Below the pieces are notes generated by a model that was given only the letters and a program-made list of their open reading frames with translations, searched no databases and had not been told where the DNA came from. From an uncultured Gammaproteobacteria bacterium (lineage in GTDB: Bacteria > Patescibacteriota > Patescibacteriia > SBBC01 > CAIJZX01): DNA of 64,000 bases. Shown here piece by piece: positions 29,983-36,704 of this stretch (positions are counted from its first letter, which is position 1; each line of letters starts with the position of its first letter). The DNA lies in NCBI GenBank assembly GCA_964349465.1, contig CAYGGC010000001.1, positions 124,375 to 188,374 on the forward strand, read 5' to 3'. A program made the position numbers and the translations under genes.

Positions 29983-31056
29983 ATGTTGACTGACGTGCGT
30001 TCGCTGACCGACGGTCAGCCCGGCGCCATTCTCGGCGTTGGACATACGGAGCTAGGCGAGCAGTATCGTTTCGACAACCGACGCTTCATTCTGAATCCTG
30101 AGAAGGTTCCGGGGGCGCTGTCACCGCTTGGTCGCAGACAACTTTTCATCGACCTGTCACTTGGTGCAACGCAATCCGAAGAGGAGCTCGTTGCTCTGGC
30201 TGATCAGAAGTTTATCGCGACGACGGGTATTCGGTCGCGGTATATTTTTGACGGCCCGGTGGCCGAGCTCGCGGCTATGGCTGGTCGCCAGGCGCTACGC
30301 GCTGCGCAGGTTGAAGCGTCCGAGATTGACGCGGTCATCGTCGGATCAAATACAGGTTCGGGCTATCCAAGCACAGCCGATCGAGTCAAAGTCGCGCTCG
30401 GGATTCCGTCGACGGCGCTGAGCTTCGATGTTCAGGAGGCCTGCCCGGTTGGCGCGATCGCGGTCGAGCTAGCCTGGAAACTGATTCGTGGACGTTTCCA
30501 TCGACGCGTGCTCGTCATCGGCGCGGAGAAGGCCACGACCTTGGCTTCGCCGGACGATTACAAGGGCGCTAATCTCTTCGGGGATGCGGCCTTCGCCTTT
30601 GTCCTCGGCGCGAGTACGGCGGACGACTTCATCTTCTTCGAATCGGGTTCAGATCCGTACGACGACAAGGCGGAGTACATTACCCGAACGAAGGATGGTT
30701 TTTCTCAGAACGGTCGGGCGGTGCACAAGTATGTCGGAACCGTCATCCCTGACTTGCTCGGACGAACCTTCGAACGGTTACGGCTTGACCCGGCGACGGT
30801 TCATCACTTCTTCCCGCATCAGCCGTCGGCCAAGACCCTCGACTTCCTTGTCGACAACCTCAAAGGGCGCTGGCCGACCTTTAACCCGGTGATCCACCGG
30901 AACGTCGAAGAGATGGGCAACACTTCTGGGGCCTGCACCGGCTGGATGATCTCACGGGCCAAGGCGCAGGGGCAGCTCAAGCCGGGCGAGTTCTGCCTCG
31001 TTGCGACCTTCGGGTCGGGGATGAGTTGGGGCCTGTATGGGTTCATTGTTCGGTAA
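29983..31056 (+). CDS. 3-oxoacyl-ACP synthase III (FabH)-like / KAS III family condensing enzyme.
   Basis: Cys-His-Asn triad contexts: VQEACPVGA, HHFFPHQPSAKTL and NVEEMGNTSGA. Atypical N-terminal insertion. Confidence 0.75.
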   Translation: MLTDVRSLTDGQPGAILGVGHTELGEQYRFDNRRFILNPEKVPGALSPLGRRQLFIDLSLGATQSEEELVALADQKFIATTGIRSRYIFDGPVAELAAMAGRQALRAAQVEASEIDAVIVGSNTGSGYPSTADRVKVALGIPSTALSFDVQEACPVGAIAVELAWKLIRGRFHRRVLVIGAEKATTLASPDDYKGANLFGDAAFAFVLGASTADDFIFFESGSDPYDDKAEYITRTKDGFSQNGRAVHKYVGTVIPDLLGRTFERLRLDPATVHHFFPHQPSAKTLDFLVDNLKGRWPTFNPVIHRNVEEMGNTSGACTGWMISRAKAQGQLKPGEFCLVATFGSGMSWGLYGFIVR

Positions 31057-31057
31057 C

Positions 31058-31086
31058 ACACCTGTCCGCAAGGAGAGGTGTTTTTC
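31058..31086 (+). terminator. Rho-independent terminator.
   Basis: ACACCTgtccgcaaggagAGGTGT followed by TTTTTC. Confidence 0.6.
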
Positions 31087-31109
31087 TTATTGAGAATGAT
31101 TCTCAATAA
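31087..31109. promoter_or_regulatory. Perfect 23-bp palindrome TTATTGAGAATgATTCTCAATAA upstream of the helicase-nuclease gene. Candidate operator.
   Basis: 11-bp arms around a central G. A 22-nt near-identical copy lies inside rsmI at 13700-13721. Confidence 0.4.
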
Positions 31110-31127
31110 CACCAGAAGAGTGGTTTC

Positions 31128-34100
31128 ATGGTAAAATCTCTGCCTATGCCCGGCGAAATTCCATCCCAGGTCAACCCCGAACAGCAAGCTGCTATTCACC
31201 ATGGCCAAGGCCCATTGTTAATTGTGGCGGGAGCAGGGACCGGAAAAACGACCGTCGTGACCGAGCGGATTGCCCATCTGATCATGGACCAGCAGGTCCC
31301 GTCGGATAATATCCTCGCCCTGACGTTTACCGACAAGGCCGCTGGAGAAATGCAGGATCGGGTTGAACGGATTTTACCGTTCGGGTATGTCGATTTATGG
31401 GTGATGACGTTCCATGGATTTGCCCAGCGACTTCTCAAAGATCACGCGCTCGACATCGGCCTGTCGAATGATTTTAAGCTTTTATCACAAACAGATCAGT
31501 GGCTACTCATTCGCGAACACCTCGATGAGTTCGACCTCGACCACTATCGGCCGCTCGGCAATCCGACCAAGTTTATTACGGCCCTGGTCAAGCATTTCTC
31601 TCGTCTGAAGGACGAAGATATTACGCCGGAGGAATACGTGAAATATGCAAAAGGGTTGGCGAAGGGCAAGGCCAAGAAATCCGATGAAGAGAAAGCCGAA
31701 GCTGAACGGACGATGGAACTTGCGAAGGCGTATTCGACGTATAACCAACTTTTACTCGACACCAATGCGCTTGATTTCGGTGATCTCATTGTCTATACCC
31801 TCCGCCTGCTTCGCGAACGCCCGGCGATTCTCAAGCACTACCAAAAACAATTTCAATATGTCCTCGTTGACGAATTCCAAGACACGAACTGGGCGCAATT
31901 TGAATTGATTAAGCGCTTGTCGGCGCCACGGAATAATTTGACCGTCGTCGGCGACGATGACCAGTCGATCTATAAATTCCGCGGCGCCTCGGTTTCGAAT
32001 ATTCTCGAATTCAAAAAAGATTTTCCTGACGCGGACGTCATTGTGCTAACGAAGAACTATCGAACCCGCCAATCCATTCTTGATCTTTCTTATGATTTTA
32101 TCCAGCACAATAATCCGGACCGTCTCGAAGCAAAAAAGGAAGCACTGGGTGGATTGCAGATTGTGAAGAAGCTTATGTCCCAGCGCGAGGGGAAAGGTGA
32201 GATCGGCTTAATCCACGTTGAGACGCAAGAGTCGGAAGCGCGAAGCGTTGCTGAAAAAATTGATGAGCTGAAAAAATCTAATCCGGAGTTGTCCTGGGAC
32301 GCGTTCTGCGTCCTCGTTCGGGCAAACGACCATGCCGAAATTTTCATTAACGAGTTTGAGCGGCGTGGTTGGCCGTATGTTTTTTTAGCCGCGCGCGGAT
32401 TATTCACCAAGCCGCTAGTGATTGATCTCCTGGCCTATTTGCGTTTGCTGGATAATTATCACGAAAGCGCCGCGCTCTATCGTGTTCTCGCGATGCCGAT
32501 CTGGGACATTGATCATGCGGATATTGTTGAAATCGCGTATCAGGCGAAGAAAAAAACCCAGTCGCTCTACGAAGCGATCAACGACGCTCCAGCCGGAATT
32601 TCTGAAGCGAGTCGGAAAGGGATTACCAAACTCCTGGGCCACATCGCGGCTCACTCACAATTGGCACTGGCCCAGCCGGTCGGCGAGGTGCTCTTACACT
32701 TTCTCAATGATTCTGGGTATTTGCAAGACATGACCCGGGAAGAAACCCTCCAGTCACAACAGCAATCAGCCATTCTCCGCCAACTGTTTAAGGTGATTGA
32801 AGCCTTCCAGCACGGGAATCCCGCGGTTGGTTCGAGTCACGCGACGGTAAAAAGTTTTTTGAAATATATTGAACATGTCACGGAGTCCGGTGATGCCGGA
32901 GCGCTTGAGCGAGATATGGAAGCTGGACCGGAGACGATGAAGATCATGACGGTCCACGCCGCCAAGGGCTTGGAGTTTCCGTACGTCTTTATAGGTAACG
33001 TCGTGGAACAGCGTTTTCCAGGCCAAGACCGCAAGGATCCGATTCCGGTCCCAGACGCCCTCATTCGAGAAATTTTGCCGCAAGGCGACGCCCATCTGCA
33101 GGAAGAGCGGCGACTGATGTATGTCGCGATTACTCGCGCCCGCGACGGTGTATTCTTTACCTTAGCCGAAGATTACGGCGGGACGCGGCGCAAGAAGCCC
33201 TCACCGTTTATCTATGAACTGCAACTGCTCGCGCCGCCGGTCAAAGCTGAAAAGAAACCGCCCCTGCCAGAGCGTTTGTTTACTCCCACGCCGACGCAGG
33301 TGAAGGAGTCGGCCGCCTATCAGCTCCGTGAAAAACACTATAGTTTCACGAAACTGTCGACCTATAATGATTGCCCGTGGAAATACCGCTATGCCTTCGT
33401 CCTGCAAGTACCGAAGCGGGGAAGTCATGTCCTCTCCTATGGCTCATCCATCCATAAAACGTTACAAAACTTTTTTTCACTCTGGAAACAGCGCCAGCAT
33501 GATGGTATGACCGAAAAAAATCCAGTCAATCTCGAAGAACTACTGACGATGTACCGCCAATCCTTCATCGAAGAATGGTACCAATCAAAAAAAATCCGGA
33601 ATGAGTATTACGCGAAAGGGGAGGCGGCGTTGAAAACATGGTATACGAAAACAGTTCAGGCTCCGCCCGACGTCCTGCGGCTTGAACAAGTCTTTAATTT
33701 GAAAGTCGACGAGTTTGTCGTGAATGGCGCGATCGATCGCATTGATCAAATTGGCGTTGATGAAAAAACGAAAAAACCACAAGTGAAAATTGTCGATTAC
33801 AAAACCGGGAAGGTCAAAGAGAAATTTGAAAAGGATGATAAATATCAGCTTTTGATTTATACATTAGCAGTGAAGGATCCAAATATTCTTGACGGCGAAG
33901 TCACGGAGTTGGAATATTATTTCGTCGATGAAAATGCATCGCGGACAATGGTGCCAACCGAAAAAGACGCGACTGCGGCGCTTGATTGGGTCCGGGCCAC
34001 GGTGAAAGGGATTCAATCCGGTGATTTCCGGGCGACGCCGAACGAGATGATTTGCAAATTCTGCGACTATAAGGAAATTTGCGAGTTTCGAGCAATATAA
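31128..34100 (+). CDS. UvrD/PcrA-family superfamily-1 helicase fused to a C-terminal Cas4/AddB-like PD-(D/E)xK nuclease with a Cys cluster.
   Basis: AGAGTGKTT Walker A and UvrD motifs. C-terminal VDYKTGK, QLLIYTL and CKFCDYKEIC, plus an upstream CPW Cys (4Cys Fe-S nuclease pattern). Confidence 0.85.
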   Translation: MVKSLPMPGEIPSQVNPEQQAAIHHGQGPLLIVAGAGTGKTTVVTERIAHLIMDQQVPSDNILALTFTDKAAGEMQDRVERILPFGYVDLWVMTFHGFAQRLLKDHALDIGLSNDFKLLSQTDQWLLIREHLDEFDLDHYRPLGNPTKFITALVKHFSRLKDEDITPEEYVKYAKGLAKGKAKKSDEEKAEAERTMELAKAYSTYNQLLLDTNALDFGDLIVYTLRLLRERPAILKHYQKQFQYVLVDEFQDTNWAQFELIKRLSAPRNNLTVVGDDDQSIYKFRGASVSNILEFKKDFPDADVIVLTKNYRTRQSILDLSYDFIQHNNPDRLEAKKEALGGLQIVKKLMSQREGKGEIGLIHVETQESEARSVAEKIDELKKSNPELSWDAFCVLVRANDHAEIFINEFERRGWPYVFLAARGLFTKPLVIDLLAYLRLLDNYHESAALYRVLAMPIWDIDHADIVEIAYQAKKKTQSLYEAINDAPAGISEASRKGITKLLGHIAAHSQLALAQPVGEVLLHFLNDSGYLQDMTREETLQSQQQSAILRQLFKVIEAFQHGNPAVGSSHATVKSFLKYIEHVTESGDAGALERDMEAGPETMKIMTVHAAKGLEFPYVFIGNVVEQRFPGQDRKDPIPVPDALIREILPQGDAHLQEERRLMYVAITRARDGVFFTLAEDYGGTRRKKPSPFIYELQLLAPPVKAEKKPPLPERLFTPTPTQVKESAAYQLREKHYSFTKLSTYNDCPWKYRYAFVLQVPKRGSHVLSYGSSIHKTLQNFFSLWKQRQHDGMTEKNPVNLEELLTMYRQSFIEEWYQSKKIRNEYYAKGEAALKTWYTKTVQAPPDVLRLEQVFNLKVDEFVVNGAIDRIDQIGVDEKTKKPQVKIVDYKTGKVKEKFEKDDKYQLLIYTLAVKDPNILDGEVTELEYYFVDENASRTMVPTEKDATAALDWVRATVKGIQSGDFRATPNEMICKFCDYKEICEFRAI

Positions 34101-34176
34101 AAAATCCTTGGTGAAATAGCGGACAGGATTCTGCGAGTCTGTAATGTCCGTGTCGTTCCCGTGATACCGCCCCAGA

Positions 34177-34213
34177 TTTTTTTTCAAAAAAAACCTACAG
34201 CAGTATGTAGGTT
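34177..34213 (-). terminator. Rho-independent terminator of the minus-strand RNA locus.
   Basis: On the minus strand AACCTACATACTGCTGTAGGTT followed by TTTTTTTTG. Confidence 0.65.
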
Positions 34214-34217
34214 GAAA

Positions 34218-34307
34218 CGGGCGCGGCTGGATCGTCCAACACCTCTCCGACTACCCCCTTGGGAGCGCTCTGGTGATGACCCATGGCTATTATTGAGCTA
34301 CACGCCC
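34218..34307 (-). ncRNA. Degenerate tRNA-like element of ~90 nt. It has a 7-bp acceptor-like closing helix and a tRNA 5' half, but no canonical anticodon or T arm.
   Basis: 5' GGGCGTGTAGCTCAA pairs with 3' CGCGCCC. The T-arm is reduced to GGACGATCC. Possibly a pseudo-tRNA or an att-site remnant. Confidence 0.3.
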
Positions 34308-34316
34308 GAAAAATTG

Positions 34317-34390
34317 AGTTGGCGGCAGGATGTGAACCTACGACCAGAAGATTTCAAGTCTTGTGCTCTACCGGGTTGAGCTACGCCAGC
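34317..34390 (-). tRNA. tRNA-like gene of 74 nt, cloverleaf, anticodon loop CUUGAAA (anticodon UGA by position) with a short variable arm. Atypical. Identity uncertain.
   Basis: Acceptor GCUGGCG/CGCCAAC (one C·A mismatch), D-arm GCUC-AACCCGGUA-GAGC, T-arm GUAGG-UUCACAU-CCUGC. It begins 16 nt after a TTGACA-16-TAGAGT promoter. Confidence 0.45.
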
Positions 34391-34405
34391 GAAAAGAACT
34401 TTGCT

Positions 34406-34433
34406 ACTCTAGCAAATTCAAAATTCTTGTCAA
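34406..34433 (-). promoter_or_regulatory. Promoter TTTTTTCTTGACA-16-TAGAGT driving the tRNA-like pair.
   Basis: The reverse complement of 34428-34433 is TTGACA, preceded by a T-tract (UP-like). -10 TAGAGT at rc 34406-34411. Confidence 0.5.
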
Positions 34434-34465
34434 GAAAAAACCACTTCATGAGAAGCGGTCGTTTA

Positions 34466-34597
34466 GCGGAGGGGAACGGGTAGGGTTTGAACCTACTCTT
34501 TCGAAATGTACTCGAACGCTTTGTGTTGGTTCTCTCCTTCCAACCCAGGGGCTGAGCCTCCCCAGGCTCAGCCCGTAGCGATAAGCTACCGCCCCCC
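34466..34597 (-). ncRNA. Structured tRNA-like RNA of ~130 nt of unknown class. A 5' G-run pairs with the 3' end next to a canonical T-arm, and the interior has four hairpins.
   Basis: 5' GGGGGGCGG pairs with 3' CCGUUCCCC. GUAGG-UUCAAAC-CCUAC T-arm. 10-bp perfect hairpin GGGCUGAGCC/GGCUCAGCCC. Hairpin loop AAGGAGAGAA. Confidence 0.4.
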
Positions 34598-34609
34598 AAC
34601 CTGATCGAT

Positions 34610-34644
34610 AACTTAATAATGGTCCAACCGAAAGCCAATGTCAA
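34610..34644 (-). promoter_or_regulatory. Second copy of the TTTTTTCTTGACA promoter motif, driving the 130-nt RNA.
   Basis: The identical 13-mer TTTTTTCTTGACA is on the minus strand at 34639-34651. The -10 is an approximate TATTAA. Confidence 0.4.
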
Positions 34645-34662
34645 GAAAAAACTCCCGGGCCG

Positions 34663-35211
34663 TTACTCGGCGGGAGCGTGTTTGAGGTCGAAGCCCAGCG
34701 TGACCTCTTTCGCGTAGCCCGGTAGGTCCTCGAGGACCATGACGTCGGCCTGTGACTTCATGATCGGCAAGCCGCGGCCGCGGAGCTTATGAACGTCCTG
34801 CTGGTCTGGACGAGGGATCTTCCGGCTGGCCGGGAAGAGCGGCGTGCCGACTTCAACAACGTTGAAGACCCTGATCGTGCATCGTCGGTTGGAACCGATC
34901 CCAACCACGATGCAGCTCACTTGCACGTCCGATCCCGGTCGACAGTGTTGACCGGCATTGGTCAACGCTTCGCACGCGCAGTCGCTGACCCAGTGGACGA
35001 AGTTCCACGGCAGACGGTTGACGTCGAGCAGGTAGGCCTCGAGCAAGGGCATGATCAGCCCGGGAGTCGCTGCAGAACCGGCACAGCGCCAAGCTTCGCC
35101 GCTACTTTCGACCGTTCCACCAGACGCGATCGGCCACCGGGTGACCTGGCCTTTGATGATACGCTGCAGTACTGGGGTTCCATCAGGAATGTGCACGTGG
35201 GGCGTCGCCAT
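34663..35211 (-). CDS. RsbW/SpoIIAB-like GHKL ATPase (anti-sigma-factor-type serine kinase).
   Basis: VSDCACEALTNAGQHC (N-box-like) and GRGLPIMKSQADVMVL (G-box-like). ATG at 35211 with an AAAGGAGG RBS 8 nt upstream; the track's GTG at 35220 is too close to that RBS. Confidence 0.5.
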   Translation of the reverse strand: MATPHVHIPDGTPVLQRIIKGQVTRWPIASGGTVESSGEAWRCAGSAATPGLIMPLLEAYLLDVNRLPWNFVHWVSDCACEALTNAGQHCRPGSDVQVSCIVVGIGSNRRCTIRVFNVVEVGTPLFPASRKIPRPDQQDVHKLRGRGLPIMKSQADVMVLEDLPGYAKEVTLGFDLKHAPAE

Positions 35212-35322
35212 GAGATCCACCTCCTTTGGGCGATTGGGAAAGGACTGCTTCCTCTTCCTCTGGTCTACTCCCGCCCTCGACGGTTGTCAAGCGGATAAAA
35301 AATCAGTATAATCTCGAAGCCT

Positions 35323-35715
35323 ATGTCTTTAGTTCGTTTCCTCATCGTTCTGGCGATTGGCTCACTCCTGTCTTGGGCCGCCTGGGTTATGGTCCTCTTG
35401 AGTCTGGACCCGGTGAGCGGCGGATTAGTTGTGCTGGTGCTGTTCTACGTGAGTGGATCTTTGGCGCTGATCGGAACGTTGACGCTCGGTGGATTTTTTC
35501 TTCGGTATTGGTTGGAACGAGATAAAATTCCGTTTGAGCAAATTTCAACTGCCCTTCGTCAAGCCACCATTCTCACTATCGCGACCGTGATTGGCTTGTT
35601 GTTGCAGGCTGGTCGTTTACTCAATATCTGGTCGCTCATTGCCCTAGTTATCATCACCTTCATTACGGAATTTTTCTTTCTCGCCGGCCAAAGCCGACGC
35701 TCGCACGTCTCATGA
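35323..35715 (+). CDS. Hypothetical four-TM membrane protein.
   Basis: Hydrophobicity profile only. Confidence 0.5.
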   Translation: MSLVRFLIVLAIGSLLSWAAWVMVLLSLDPVSGGLVVLVLFYVSGSLALIGTLTLGGFFLRYWLERDKIPFEQISTALRQATILTIATVIGLLLQAGRLLNIWSLIALVIITFITEFFFLAGQSRRSHVS

Positions 35716-36701
35716 ATCTTCAAGAACTCACGACTGCTACCGCGACCGCTCTGTCCGACATTCGGCAGGCGGTTTCTGCGACCCAACTCGAAGCTGTGCG
35801 GGTGCGTTGGCTTGGGCGAAAAGGGCGTTTAACCGCCCTCCTCCAAGCAGTTGCAACGTTACCTGAGAGTCAGCGCCCAGCGGCCGGGCGAGCGGCAAAT
35901 GAAGCTAAGCAGAAACTTGACCAGGCGTTCCGCGAACAAGAAAAAGTTGTTGGCGTAAACGTCGTGGCGCAGTCGTTTGACCCGGCGTTACCCGGTGAGC
36001 ACCTTGAGCGCGGCCATCTTCATCCGTTAACGAGCTTCGCGCGCCAAGTGACAGAAGTGTGGCGGTCGTTTGGGTATGATGTCCACGAAGGTCCTGAACT
36101 CGAAGAAGTGAAAAATAACTTTGACGGATTGAATGTTCCACCTGACCACCCGGCGCGAGACGTACAGGATACCTTTTTCATTAAGGGCCACGACCATCTT
36201 GTTTTACGGACACATGCTTCAGCCGTGCAACTGCGCGCTCTGAAGCACGCCCAGCCGCCCCTCAAAGTCGTTGAGATTGGTAAAGTCTATCGACATGAAG
36301 CAACGGACGCGACGCATGAATCGATGTTTATGCAGTGTGACGGCGTGCTGATCGATCGGCACGTCACCATGGCGCATCTTGTCACCACATTAAACACCTT
36401 CATTGATCGTCTATTCCCAGGCGCGAAAACGCGCATTCGGCCGAGCTTTTTTCCGTTCGTTGAACCCGGGATTGAGCTCGATATGTGGTGGGAACAACCG
36501 GGTAAAAGCGGTCGCTGGCTTGAACTCCTTGGCGCTGGACTCGTCCATCCGAACGTGATTACCGCGATGGGTTTAAAACCGAGTGAATGGCAGGGCTTTG
36601 CGTTTGGGATGGGACTTGATCGGTTAGCGATGCTCCAGTACGGCATTCCCGATGTACGACTTTTTTATAGCGGTGAATTAGATTTTCTCCAACAGTTTTA
36701 A
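35712..36701 (+). CDS. pheS: Phenylalanine--tRNA ligase alpha subunit.
   Basis: Class II motifs, conserved catalytic core, ~330 aa. Confidence 0.9.
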   Translation: MNLQELTTATATALSDIRQAVSATQLEAVRVRWLGRKGRLTALLQAVATLPESQRPAAGRAANEAKQKLDQAFREQEKVVGVNVVAQSFDPALPGEHLERGHLHPLTSFARQVTEVWRSFGYDVHEGPELEEVKNNFDGLNVPPDHPARDVQDTFFIKGHDHLVLRTHASAVQLRALKHAQPPLKVVEIGKVYRHEATDATHESMFMQCDGVLIDRHVTMAHLVTTLNTFIDRLFPGAKTRIRPSFFPFVEPGIELDMWWEQPGKSGRWLELLGAGLVHPNVITAMGLKPSEWQGFAFGMGLDRLAMLQYGIPDVRLFYSGELDFLQQF

Positions 36702-36704
36702 TGT

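Noticed and set aside
34466-34597. tmRNA, SRP RNA and 6S RNA hypotheses for the 130-nt structured RNA
   Set aside because: No tag reading frame ending in Ala-Ala-stop, and it is far shorter than tmRNA. It is not a single irregular hairpin with a GGAA tetraloop as in 4.5S RNA. It has no central bubble as in 6S RNA. It is kept as an unclassified tRNA-like RNA.
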